From Thelocarpon superellum (Eukaryota), in NCBI GenBank assembly GCA_026025795.1, contig JAPEUG010000002.1, forward strand, positions 1-64,000: DNA of 64,000 nt. Direction: 5' to 3'. The notes beneath the pieces were generated by a model that did no database searches, was not told where the DNA came from, and saw nothing but the letters and a program-made list of their open reading frames with translations. The stretch's first letter is position 1, and every line of letters begins with the position of its first letter. Made by a program: the position numbers and the translations under genes. Shown here piece after piece: positions 1-12,258 of the stretch.

Positions 1-2871
1 TGCGATCTTCGCTGCGTGGAGAAGAAAAATTCCCTTCTGCCACCCCTTCTTCACCCTGTAATCCCTTGCTTCTCTACAGGTCAGATCGCCAAGGCTCCTT
101 GCATAGATCGTGGAGCGGCAGAACGGCGAAAAACGGCGGCCCGGTTAGAGATCTTGTCCAGGGCTGAGCAGCGGTGAGCAGGCGGTGGCGAGCGCCTCAA
201 ATGGTCGGGTGAGAGAGAGAAAAGCAAAATCCTGCGTCGGGCGGGCTTCGCATCGTCTCTTGACCCGAAGATGTCTCTTCAGAGAGGGCGGCGGCGGGAC
301 TTTACGATTCGTCTTTTCCGACGCATCGTGAGCCGCTGGAAGGGAGAGAGACAAAAGTGACGGCGCGATGGCGTGATGCACGGATGCACAGTAGGGTGCG
401 GCATGCGCTCACCAGCGTCTGCCGGGCGAGGCTGACTTACGGTCCGCGCCGTATCATGCAAATGCATGCGAAACGACGTATCCTATTCGACGGTGCCGCG
501 CGGCGACTCGCACATAAGGTGGGGCATGTGTGCGCCATCCACCACCTCCAGTTTCGCGCTCTAGGAGTAAGTGGGGGTGGTCATTGAGGCCCTCCAGATA
601 GGTTAGTGACATCGTGGATTGCTCTGGCGCTGCCCGTGGATTATTGAATCGGACGTTAGCCAGGGTGGCCCGGCGTCGCCAAGACAGAGGTACTCGCCGA
701 CGGCCAGACTAAATTATAACCAGGACGGCGGCCAGCCAACCAACAAGCTCCCCCATTCGCCAAGGCAGGTGTTGCGCCCTGTCGCGCCCTGCGGTCCCAT
801 GGGCTGATGTTTCTGTGCAACATGGGGCGCGCTCCAGCCAGCAGACGACCTCGTATCCTCCGGAGCCTACGAATCGACGACCTCGTCCACCGCCGTCCCA
901 TCCCTTCCGCCATCCGACCCCTCCGAAACATTGCCGTTGCGGCCGCAGTACAGGGACCAAGCTTGGCTCACTTATGCAAGTCAGAGCGCCCTGGAGCGGA
1001 GGAGATCTGAATGCCGCCGTCAGCGCTTAAAGCTGGGCGCTCGTTCGCCTGCCTCGACCATGACCCCCACGGATCTAGACGGCACGGGGAGAGAAAAGGA
1101 AAGGCAACCACGGCGACTGGGCCGTGGAGGGTGGGGGAGCGCTGGACGGCGCAGAGCAAGCACGGTCCTAGAACCCCCTGCTCGCTTCCCCGCAAGACAC
1201 TCTCAGACCCGTTAAGGCCCGGGCGCACTGAAAAAAGCAAGGCCCGGTTGATGATAGCGGTCACGACCGCTGTTCACCTCCGTTTCGCCCCTCGCCCATG
1301 GAGGCCCGTTGGGGCCCGACCGGCGGTGGGGTGGCGGAGAGATGCCGTCGCCGCTATACCAGAGCGCCCGTCCCTTGGGGACGTTGGATTTTCTCCATTC
1401 CACCGTCACACGGAGAAATGACGTGGATGGACCGACGGGGCCCCGGGGGCGCATCCGCGGCTCACTCGATTTATCGTAAATGGGATCCGTGGCGCTCGCC
1501 CAGACGCGTACTCAATGCAGCTTACCTGTCTACGAGATCCCGCTGCGACGGGGTGGAGCAGGCGGCGTGTAATAGACGGCCGCGGGCGATGGCCCGGGTG
1601 TGCCGACAGACACATGCGCCCTTCGAACACAGGGATGGATACTGGAGAAATCGAAGGAGCGAGAGAGCTGGACGGGTACGTTAGTGAATGCGGCCGCGAG
1701 AAGTCACGGCTGAATGCATTCTTCCCATGCTTGCAGCAAGGTTGGGCGTCGGAGGTGTGGGCAATACGTGCACCAGGGGCGCCATGATTGGAGGGTGCCG
1801 TGGTGATCTCAACATCAGCGTGGGGCGGTCGCTCTGGAAAGGATGGTGGGTTCCTTACTATGGCCGCCTCGAGCGTGGTCCATCTCCTAGCTGGCGAGAA
1901 GGATGAGAGGAAGGCGGCGGAGACAGCGGGTGATGGGATGGGTCTGGCCAGCGAATCCGTCTAGGGCTGCCCGTGGCTGGGGAAAGGGGTCACTGGACCA
2001 AGACCCGTCGTGGCGAGGGCCGCCGAAGCGGCGGAGGGGGGATTTCCCTTGTCGCGGGCGTCGCGGCCCATGGGCCATGGGCCGCGGCACAGGTCCGATT
2101 TGTACGACGAGAAATCTCGGATTCTGCAACGGTCCGGGGCGGTATCGAGATTGGCGGGCAGCCACGGCGCAGGTCATATCCTTGACACCTCGCATTCGTC
2201 TACCCATATCCCCATCTTGGGTGTTGCGCGAATCACAAACCAGGTCGGCGGAGGACGGGGCAGCGCTCCCCTAGCTTCAGCAGCTGTAGCCGCCTCGTCG
2301 TGCTCGCGCATGACCCCGGCCCTTAGCAGAACTGAGCTCGCGCGCGCCGAATGAGACCTCATTGATGATGGCTGGGCGCAAGGCACCGGCATTACATGGA
2401 TTCTGAGCCCGTGCAGACGTGATGATCGGCGCCGCCGCGGCGGCCGCCGCTCAGTCCGTCTCTACCGGCACCCACTGCCTGGCTTCGAGGGTGGGGAGTG
2501 GGTACCTCTCGTCTCCTCTCACTCAATCTTTCTTATTCCTTACTACCCAATCCTTTTCCCCCCTCCCCCCGCCCAGCGCACCGTCAACATCCCAGCTCCG
2601 GTTCCTTCGGTCTGGGGGGAGCACTGTCGTGCCACCGATCCGAACACGCACACCCCAAGACTGCCCAACGCTGCAGCTTCATATACGTCGAGTCGCCCGC
2701 TCTGGAAAGATCCTTCCGTCGGCTCTCCCGTCGTACCATCCGCACCCTCTTAACGGTCGACAACGGCCTTATCCGTCCGTGCCACCAACCGGCGGTCTCA
2801 GGCCGATCCAGACGAGATCGATTACAGAGCGGACTAGGACGGCCTTGACCCTTGGGTCATGACGCGCTCTC

Positions 2872-2878
2872 TATAAAT
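2872..2878 (+). promoter_or_regulatory. TATA-like box upstream of the small Cys-rich ORF
   Basis: TATAAAT is followed by a pyrimidine-rich stretch with no ATG from about 2890 until the ATG at 3252. Confidence 0.4.
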
Positions 2879-3251
2879 CTATCCGGATGTGCTCCTCACC
2901 GTTCGCGTTACTATCGAGAATCTCCCATCTGCCCGGCCGTCTCCGCTCCCCTTCTCGTCCTAGCTGCGCTCCTTAACTACCGTCGACGCCGCCGTCGTTG
3001 CCAGCTGCTTCGACGTGCGCCCTCCTACCAACACACCTAAAAGAGGGCTGTGACTGTCGTGTCGCCCGCTCCAGCTCTCGGCCCGCCCCGCCTAGGCTCT
3101 TGCTGGACAGGCTCGAGTGCCGACAGCCTCACTCACAGCGCTCGTATCTGCGGGAGATCCAGCGTGCCATACGAGACGCCTGGATCGCTTTCGTCCGCCT
3201 CCGTCCTCCCCGCCCATTCCAATCGGTCGACGAGACGTTTCCCTTACGGCC

Positions 3252-3404
3252 ATGTGCACCACTGTCAAACATCGCTACAGTTGCGGGCATGTCAAAATCG
3301 AAGTGGCGCCTTGCGCCGCGTCCAAGGGCGTCGCGGACGGCAAATGTGGCGTCAGCAAAGTGATGCAGATCCCACACGCCGACGGCTGCGATAGCTGTGG
3401 GTGA
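3252..3404 (+). CDS. 50-aa Cys/His-rich microprotein (MC-x8-CGH...CxxC), putative Zn-binding
   Basis: MCTTVKHRYSCGHVKIEVAPCAASKGVADGKCGVSKVMQIPHADGCDSCG*. The start context is good (GGCC ATG), there is an upstream TATA, and the Cys spacing is ordered. Confidence 0.6.
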   Translation: MCTTVKHRYSCGHVKIEVAPCAASKGVADGKCGVSKVMQIPHADGCDSCG

Positions 3405-4623
3405 ATACGTGGGTATCCCTATCTTTATACCGTCAGCCTGCGGTGGAGGCTCACCTGGAGTAGACCCTTGATTTGATCCATCGGCGTCCATGGTTTCTTT
3501 TCTACGATCAACCACCGGCGGGGGGGAAACCACACACTCTGCGCACTATGGAATAGAATTGGCCGCACCACCCTTACCTCGACGATGTCCCACCCGCCGG
3601 CGCAAGGGTGGAAACACGATGAGGTGGACTCTGCTTGAACGGACGGGGTCGGTCGGGAAAGCATCTACGGCGCTTGGGGACAATGGGGAAGGGAAAAGCT
3701 GGTCACACTTGAGGAGACCCACACATCTTGGGCGGCGTCCGGTGAGGTTCGGCGTTGGGTGCGAACTTACGGGCCTGGATTGGCTAGAGACTTCCGCTCT
3801 AGCGAAGGTGATGGGGTTTGGACGTGCGATCGGGCCTCCCTCGGGTCCCTCGGGGCGTCTTGTGTAGAGTAGGCTTGACGGGCGCACCGTGGGTGGCGCC
3901 GATCCGTCGAGGGTGTCGTAGTGAATATCTCCCATGAGAAGTCGCTTTCATTGCCCGCTGTCACCCTCCGCGAGCGTCCACGAGCAGGTCGAGCGAGCGG
4001 GAGGAACCTCCGGCCGCGTGTCAGGCCAGGGCCGGCGACGCCGAGGCGAACACGAATGCGAGCACGAACGCGAGCGGCGACGGCGGTCTCCGTAGGGGGA
4101 AAGCACTACGGTAGGCGGGGACCACCGTGGGAATCGCGGCCACGCGCACTGTTGCGGTGACGACGAGCTCTGGGTGAACGAAGGGCAGCGAATGGCGTCG
4201 GACGGATCTTTCAGCCGGCAGGGAGGGTCTTAGGTCTCGCTGCAGCGTCGCCGGTGGTGCAGCGTGTCCGGCGCGTGTGGCTTGACGAGACCTTGAAAGA
4301 AGTTTCGCTAACTCCCATCGAAGACTGCGTCGGCCGCCTTTTGCCGCTTGGCGAGGCCGGGCCGTGGCTTGTTGCAAAAGACGGAGCTGAAGCGACGGCC
4401 GAGCTCCAAGTCCGTGCCGAAGTCGGGCAGCGCACTCGTAGCGGAGGATGGGGGATGCGGCGTCGGGGCTAAGGTGGACGTCTTGGGAGGTGCATGCATG
4501 AAGCGTCAATCAGGTGACGAGCGGCGTGGGGCACGCGGTGATGGAGTGGCGAGGGGACAAGGTGACGAGGATGCGGTGCGAAACGTTCCAAACGCACCAC
4601 CGCGCCCCCTGACTCACCAGCAC

Positions 4624-4656
4624 ACGCCCACGCCCACGCCCACGCCCACGCCCACG
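4624..4656. repeat. (CCCACG)n hexanucleotide microsatellite, about 5 copies
   Basis: acgcccacgcccacgcccacgcccacgcccacg read directly from the sequence. Confidence 0.85.
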
Positions 4657-5824
4657 CACCCTGCAATGCATGCAGACCACGGACGGGTCGCGGCGGGAGA
4701 TCAATTCCGGTCGGAGGTGAGGGAAACGACGAGGCACGTTGGACATAACCCCGCAAGTCCTACCTACGTCGGCATCGTTGTCAGTGCGTCGTATCGTGTC
4801 ACCGCAGCTACCATAGTGGCCATGGCTATCGCGTCTAGGCCATCTGACCCTCGCCCAGGCCAGATCCCATGCCGCCTCTTGCGGCGTCTGCCTCTGTCGG
4901 CACTTCCCGCCCAAGCCGACCGGCAGCCCGTCCGGGACTAGCTGGTGAGTACATGACACCAGAATCTTGGGGCCATCATCAGACCGGAGACATGAGTCGA
5001 TCCGACGATCCCCGTCACCGCCGGGGAAGCACAAGGTACGAACAAGGGTAGGGGGCGCGGCTTGGGGTCGTGCGGTCAGACGCATGGACAGGGTGCATGG
5101 ATCTCGTGGCCTGGGATCTGGGTTACGATGGATAGAACGGCGCCATCTTCGGAGTCCCCTTGATTCCCCTTTCAACGACCGTCGCTCCTGTCAGCGGACC
5201 AGCGGCATCGAAGCCAATGCCGTGATGTGTAGTTGACCGAATGGTCTCGGTCTGGGGATGGAGCGGAAATGCAGCTGCTAGATACGGCGGGTACTTTGCT
5301 CAGACCGCCCCACCTCATGCCGGTCCCCCCAGTACACGCATTTGTAATGGCGGTAGCACTCGGCCAAGCAAGTAATCACGTACTTGTATGCACGGAACAC
5401 GAGCCCCCCAATATTCGCTATGAGGGAGAGTTTGCAAGGATGACTGTGCGTCGTAGTACTCAATGTTATGGAGGGGGACCAAGATCCAAGGCCGAGGTCA
5501 TGCTCTAGATTGGAGTCGTACGCGCAAGGTCGGATGTTCTTTGGAGTGCGCCAGTGCTTGCACGATTCCGCAAGAGATGGGCTCCTGCGATCCGTAGCCT
5601 GGATGGTCCATTTCAAGGTTATCCTTATCCTACCTCGTCATATTGATGATCCTCCCAACTCAGTGTTGGGCCGGGGTTCAGCATGCTCCAGGATCTTCCC
5701 AGACTCCAAGAAGCACCATTGCTCGGTTGCTTACTCATTGTGTTGGGACCCCGCCCTTGGCCCTACGATGCTAGCAGCAAGTGAGCGGTCAGATCCGTCG
5801 AGCAACTGGTGAAGTGGTCCTTCG

Positions 5825-7174
5825 ATGTCCATCGAGATCAATTGGGCGGCCCTGACGACAGGTCCCGATGGTCTCGCCCTGGCAGACCGAATCCGGGACT
5901 TTCTCCACCGGAAGTTTCAAGAGGTGACGCTGCCTCGCTTCATTCAATCCGTCAAGGTCCATTCCTTCGAGTTTGGAACGACGGCCCCGGAGATCGTTCT
6001 CAAGGACGTGTGCGATCCGCTGCCGGACTTCTACGAGGGAGAGGAAGATTCCGGCGAGGAGGAGCATGAGGGTATTCCTGAGGGGGGTCGTCTGCCTAGC
6101 TCCGGCGACGGTGCTGGACACATTCGAAACTTGAGCGAGCGGCGGCGGACGGACAGACTCTGGCGGAGGAACGACTTGAGCGGCGGTGCGGAGACAGCGC
6201 ATCTTCCTTCGCCATTAGACACCAGGGGCAATGCCGCTTGGCCACGGCCGATCAACAGCGAGTCCATCGCAAGCCCGGTCCTGGGAGTGACCACGCCCGG
6301 CATTCCGGGCGGGACGTCTAACCTGGGCTATTTCCATCTGCCGCTGAGCGCCGGGATCTCCGGGACGCAGACTCCTCTGGCCGCGGTTGTAGGGGCTCAG
6401 TTTCAAGCGCAACGCGGTGAACATGGACCATCTCATCGCGGGGAGACCCGACCTGGACATCGTCACACGGAGTCCATTGACTCGCCCACTCCTCCTTCGA
6501 CGTCTAGTTCTGGACGGCAAGGTCTGTCGGGCCTGAGTCCGTCGTCTCCTTCAGCTGCCCCGCACGAGGGCAAAGAGAGAAGCCAAACCCCCAACGATGC
6601 ACTTCACGCGCGGCGTGAATCTCCTACGCCCTCGGCGCCATCAGTGCCGGCACCGCTACGAATCCGCGAACGACATGCCGAAGATTATCAAGTGATCTCG
6701 CGAGTCCGTTACGCAGGAGACATCAAACTTAGCCTCACGGCTGAGATCCTCCTCGACTACCCCATGCCGAGCTTTGTTGGGATTCCCCTTCGCCTCAATA
6801 TCACGGGCCTGTCATTTGACGGGGTGGCCGTCACGGCCTACATCCGCAAACGCGCCCACTTCTGTTTCCTCTCGCCAGAAGACGGTCACGCTCTGATCGC
6901 GTCAGAAGGCGAAGAGGAATGGGAAGCAGCTTCGCGCATCCCGCCCGAGCCGCAGCCGCCATCGCAAGCACAGCCGCCGTCTTTCAGAGCAAAAGTGGTC
7001 AAAAGTGGCGGGCTGCTGCATGAGATCCGAGTCGAGAGCGAGATCGGACAGCGCGAGAACGGCAAGCAATCGTTGAAGAACGTGGGCAAGGTGGAGAAGT
7101 TTGTGCTTGATCAGGTCCGCCGTATCTTCGAGGATGAGGTGGTCTATCCAAGTTTCTGGACCTTCCTTGTCTGA
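5825..7174 (+). CDS. MDM12: Mitochondrial distribution and morphology protein 12 (ERMES SMP-domain subunit)
   Basis: Intronless 449-aa ORF. N-terminus MSIEINWAALT...LPRFIQSVKVHSFEFG, internal LDYPMPSFVGIPLRLNITG, C-terminus LKNVGKVEKFVLDQVRRIFEDEVVYPSFWTFLV. Confidence 0.95.
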   Translation: MSIEINWAALTTGPDGLALADRIRDFLHRKFQEVTLPRFIQSVKVHSFEFGTTAPEIVLKDVCDPLPDFYEGEEDSGEEEHEGIPEGGRLPSSGDGAGHIRNLSERRRTDRLWRRNDLSGGAETAHLPSPLDTRGNAAWPRPINSESIASPVLGVTTPGIPGGTSNLGYFHLPLSAGISGTQTPLAAVVGAQFQAQRGEHGPSHRGETRPGHRHTESIDSPTPPSTSSSGRQGLSGLSPSSPSAAPHEGKERSQTPNDALHARRESPTPSAPSVPAPLRIRERHAEDYQVISRVRYAGDIKLSLTAEILLDYPMPSFVGIPLRLNITGLSFDGVAVTAYIRKRAHFCFLSPEDGHALIASEGEEEWEAASRIPPEPQPPSQAQPPSFRAKVVKSGGLLHEIRVESEIGQRENGKQSLKNVGKVEKFVLDQVRRIFEDEVVYPSFWTFLV

Positions 7175-7387
7175 CACCCTCGGACCAGACCGGGCCGCCG
7201 GTCGGGATGGATGAAAGCATGCTCCGATCCCAAAAAGAATATCCATCGAGCACGGCAAGCTATCCTTCACAAAAAGACGCCAACCATAGAGGGCAGAAGG
7301 AAGGGAAGAATGCGGGAAGAACGAGGACGACAGCAGAATCCAAATGTCGGACAATCCCGTCAATCAATCAATTGGTCGGTCAATCGG

Positions 7388-8894
7388 TCAATCTAGCTTT
7401 CCGGCCAAATAAAGGATATTCTCCCTTATATCCGCCTCTACTTCGCTCTCTCCTTCTAGTTCATGATGATCTTCATGTAGTGTTCCACCTAGGCCCTTAT
7501 CAGGCCCCGCGCGGCCCATGTACATCCACTCCACCACAGAAGGCCACGCATCAGGCTTGGGCATAGGCAGCTCGATGGTGTCACCTCTCAAGACGTGTCC
7601 GGACAGCATGACGGCGGCTAGAAGCGGGAGACGATGGAGGGCATACTCGATATCTGCAGAACGAACGAAGGAACGAACGTAGCGTTAGTGCTCCGATCAA
7701 ACGCTGCAATGGAAGTCATGTCGAGAACGAAGGGGCACACTTACGAATCGCCAGGGCCGGCGTGTGGAGGAAGGAGCCGACGACCGACTCGAACCGGTCC
7801 GAGTTCCAGCTGGACACGCTGCGAGCGGGAGACGACCGAGCGGACACCGTGGTCGCGCGCGATAAGGGCGAGACCGGCGACGGATTAGTGTGCGCACTCC
7901 TCCGCCGGCCTATGAACCCGTCACATCTCGGCGTGCCGGCGCCTCCGCCGCCGCTGCTGCTGCTGCTGCTTGCGGCCGCCGATCTCGGCCGAGATGAGAG
8001 GGCAGCAATGTTGAATTTCTTCTGTAGGAGAAAGGGCCGGTGCGAGTGACCGTGCGGACGCACCCGTACGCGCACAACGCACGCCGCGGACGAGTCGAGC
8101 CGCAGCCGCTGACTGCTGCTGCTGCTCGCGCCCGCGGCTCCGTCACTGCTCGGGGCCATGTGGGCATCGCCTCGAATCATGCCAGGCTGGAGGAGCGGTA
8201 CGGCTTTGACGAAGGCGTCGGCCGTTGCGTGGTTGCCGAGATACGCGCCGCCGTACTTCTGGAGCCGCTCGTGCGTGTAGGCGTAGGGCACGCTGCCGAG
8301 GAGTCTGGGCGAGAGCGGGTTGACGATTGGTGTATGCAGCGGGGATTCTAAGCCGAGCGCCTCGGCGTCATCGCTTTCTTCGAGGAGGAGGCGGCGGCTT
8401 TCTTGTAGCTTGGTGCCGAGGTCGAGGAGCGGTCCCTCGGCGCTGCGGGCGGACGTAGGCCCGGACTGCGTCGGTGTGGTTGACGTCGGGCTGGAACTGA
8501 GGTTCACTAGGGCCAGCGACGCGGCCAAGATGCTCGGCGACACGATGGAGGATTGGCCATTGCGTGTCTCGTAAGGCGTCAGTCTTCCGTTGTACGTGGG
8601 GCTAGGGATAAGGGATCGCTCCGACCGAGCCACTCGGCGGTCTCGATAGTACTCGCGCAGGGTCATCACGGTTGGGCTAGCCAGCGGCGGGGACTGCAAC
8701 GGCAAGATAGGGGCCGCCAAGCTGGTGTTTAAAGCCCCAGGCGTCAACATGGTCTCGGGGCATCTATTCATGGTCGATGGATGGTCCACGTGGGTAACGT
8801 GAACGTGTCCAGGGTCCGGCCCGGCATAGGCCGGCCTTTCGGGCTTGCGAGCAACACCCTTGGAGTTGGGGGCAAAGACGATGCTTTCGGTCAT
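7388..8894 (-). CDS. Fungal protein of unknown function, 2 exons (8894-7745, 7653-7388)
   Basis: A GTAAGT...CACTAAC...CAG intron (7744-7654) joins the long ORF in frame to HIEYALHRLPLLAAVMLSGHV...IELPMPKPDAWPSVVEWMYMG...NILYLAGKLD*. Confidence 0.8.
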
Positions 8895-10420
8895 GATAGA
8901 GAAGTAAATGAAGCTCTGATGCTGGTGGGGAAGGATGGGAGAGGTTTCAGCTTCCACGACGCTGCTTTTGTTTCGTTTTTGTACTGTCCCAGACTGCCGG
9001 GTCCCCGGCGGTCACGTATAGGCCATGCCGTAGTGGCATGTGTGGATGGGATAAGTCACGCTCAATGTAGGCGGAGGCCTGCCACATCTGATTCATGGCG
9101 AACAAAGAAAGGATACGCCCAAGCCCACGGGGAAGGTGCGGTAACGGACGCATCTTTCTTGTACGACCGCCACGCGTCAAACCCCTTCAGGAAGCTTGGC
9201 TAGGAGACATGGCAGATGGAGATAGGAAGCCCTCGTCCTCCAGCTGCGGCCGGGCGGGAAAAGCCGCGCGAGTGCCAGCGACCACGTTTCGTCACGGAAA
9301 ACGGGGTGGGCGTGACATGCCCACGACCCAGCATCTCGGGTCTCTGCGCGCTCGAAACGTGGTGTGATCCCTAGCTGGCGAGCGCTTGAGCAGGAGCACG
9401 GTACGGCCCCTCTATTCACGGCCATGCCAGAGGCTAAGGCTTAACGCTTGACGAACCTAAGCCCTCCGACAGGGTGAAGGCGTCGAGCAGTGCGCCTGAT
9501 TGGCCGGATGGGCCTCCGGAGCGGGCCGGTGCGATCTCCGGCATCAATGGAGTGGCAGAATCCCTCACAAAGAAAGACGATTACACGGATGAAGGTGGGT
9601 GATGGGAACAGTCTGATGTCAGGTGTCTCAAAGCAGGGGGTAGACGGGAAGGCGAGTGAGCGAAACGAGTGAGCGAAAGCGAAACGGTCTAGCCATCCGC
9701 GGCACCGTACGGCGCCAGAAGAAACTTTCTTTGTCCTTTACGGATCACCACACCTGCGCCCGCCATTGCCGCGGCGGCCGCGGCAGCTAGGCGGGTCTGG
9801 GCACTGTTGGCGGCTTGGTGAGCGCATGATCAAGGGATGGCCGGCCATGCAAGGTGAATTGTCATTGGAGGCCCGCATTAGGTGTGTGAGAGAGGGACGC
9901 GGTGGGCGAGGGGTACGAAGTACGAGATACGAGTACTCGTCGGCTGTCTGTACCCGCTCCTTCATCTTCCGCGGCTGCGGTGTTAGTGTGGGTGGATTCC
10001 ATGGTGAAGATGTGCCTGCCCTTTGGATCAGGTGATCAATACAAGTCAATCCACTCTGGTCCATAGCGAAGGGATGTCTTGAGTCAAAAAGCCAGTAATC
10101 AGCGACGATCCGTTTAGTAGATGGTGTACCTGTGGCTGAGAACTGATCGAGCGTGTGCGGGACTACTACAGGAGGCGGAATCGATTCAGCCCAAGCTCTA
10201 ACCGTGAACCTTAGGTTCGAGGTTCGAGGGTCGAAGTTTCAAGGTTCGATGTCACGCGTTTCGCTCGCTGCCTGACGAACGTTAAAGGCCCATCTGTCCA
10301 TTCAGCGGCCTTGACGCGACGTTCTCGTCGGACGGTCGTCGACATGACACCGGGCAAGATGGCCTGGTAGCGGAATTGTCTCGAGGATTTCCCCTACCCA
10401 TACAGCATGAGAGCCTCATC

Positions 10421-12035
10421 ATGGCGAATAGCTACAAATCTCTCAAAGAAGACTTTGTCTCGAACCTCAGCGGTGGAGACATCGCGGAAATCAACTATGT
10501 CACGGCCATAGCACCGGTACGTCTCACCCTTTTGACTTCCAATGTGCCCCATGTGCCCGATGTGTTGACGTATCTAGTCTGCCATTGTACTATGGTCCGC
10601 CCTCCAATCGCGCCTTTGCTTCTATACCCCTTACACCCCGGCGGCGTTTCTCGCCGACTTTCTCCTCAATTGCGGGGGTATCCTGCTAGCAACAACCTTG
10701 TATTCGTCGACCCCACTCCTTCTTAACGTCCTCCTTCTCTCGCCAGCCTTGATACTATACTGGATTCCACCTGCGCGGCCAAGCCGAATGAAGGCCAAAC
10801 CGCCTCAGGCTCGACCAAGCGATGATGCCGAAGACTCCTCCAAGCAGCCGAGCAAGGCGACCTCGTCGGCACCATTTCCGCAAAAGGCCTTCCTGACAAC
10901 ATACCGTGGGTGCATGATGGTCGTGACGTGTGTGGCCATTCTCGCCGTCGACTTTCGAATCTTTCCCCGACGGTTTGCCAAGGTGGAGAATTGGGGGACG
11001 TCGCTCATGGATCTGGGCGTCGGGTCCTTTGTCTTCTCTGCTGGTCTGGTGGCCGCCCGTCCCGTCCTCAAGGAGAGATTCAGCGGTCAGGCCGTCGGAC
11101 TGGGACGGCGTCTGTACCGTTCAGTGAAACACTCGATTCCGCTATTGGTGCTCGGGCTGGTGCGTCTCTACAGCGTCAAGGGGCTGGATTATGCCGAACA
11201 TGTGACGGAGTACGGGGTGCACTGGAACTTCTTCTTCACCTTGGCCTTCCTTCCTCCTTTCGTCGCGCTCTTCCAGTCGCTCTTCGCTTTGATACCCTCA
11301 TACGCGCTTTTGTCCGTTCTCTTGGGGGGGGGCTATCAGTTCGTCCTCGAGACCACGCGCTTGAAGGCCTTCATTCTCGTGGGGCCCCGCACCAACCTCT
11401 TCTCTCAGAATCGCGAGGGCGTGTTTTCTTTTCTGGGATATCTGGCAATCTTCCTGGCCGGGCAGGCAACGGGCATGTACGTTCTGCCGGCACCTCCGAC
11501 GTTGAAGCATGCGTCCTCTCAGTCCACGACGATCACGAGCGGCATTCGACAGAGGTTTCTTACGACCTACCGGCGCAATCCCTTGGCCTTCAAACTGGCG
11601 GCATGGTCCATCGTCTGGACGGTTCTCTTCGAACTCACCAATACGCCCGTGTACGGGCTCTCTCTGACGGTATCGCGTCGTCTCGCCAATCTCCCCTACG
11701 TCCTCTGGGTGACTGCGTTCAATGTGACGCAGATTCTCGCCTTTTATGCCGTGGAGATGATCTTCTTCCCTATGACTACCACTCCCACCGCCGCCGCCGC
11801 CGCCTCCGATACGACCCCGACCCAAGCCCGGACATCACAGATCCTCCGCGCCTATAACCGCAACGGACTCTTTATCTTTCTAGTTGCCAATCTATTGACA
11901 GGCGCCGTCAATCTATCGGTCGACACGCTGCATAGGAGTGTGTTAGAATCCATGTCCATCTTGGTGGCGTATCTTCTTGTCTTGACTGGCTTGGCAGTGG
12001 GGTTGGATCTGTGGCGGGTAGATTTGAAGATATAG
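10421..12035 (+). CDS. GWT1: GPI-anchored wall transfer protein 1 (inositol acyltransferase, PIG-W), 2 exons (10421-10516, 10578-12035)
   Basis: Starts [19 protein letters not shown]. Motifs [63 protein letters not shown] and [16 protein letters not shown]. One GTACGT...TAG intron. Confidence 0.95.
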
Positions 12036-12159
12036 GGGGTGTGAGTTGGACGCGTCAAGACATGTGAAGTGAAGGGAAGAGTGCTGTTCATGGATGGATG
12101 GGTGAATGGATTGTATTAATAGTTTCATCAACTCATTGATACATCATCACCTACGCCAA

Positions 12160-12195
12160 TACATAGCATAGCATGGCATAGTATGGCATAGCACA
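12160..12195. repeat. Degenerate (GCATA/GCATG)n pentamer run between the convergent GWT1 and GH31 3' ends
   Basis: catagcatagcatggcatagtatggcatagca. Confidence 0.6.
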
Positions 12196-12258
12196 GACGT
12201 AAACCCAGTCGATTATTAAAATCATCGATAAAACCGTGGACAAGGGCAGGTGATGGTT

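Noticed and set aside
145..2860. Many 60-150-aa Arg/Pro/Gly-rich ORFs in the first 3 kb, and likewise at 21.4-24.5 kb and 33-36 kb
   Set aside because: Expected by chance in GC-rich intergenic DNA. No domains or coherent splice models.
4230..4499. Minus-strand 63-aa ORF whose frame stays open past a TAG (possible readthrough or editing)
   Set aside because: No recognisable protein, so no basis to invoke recoding.
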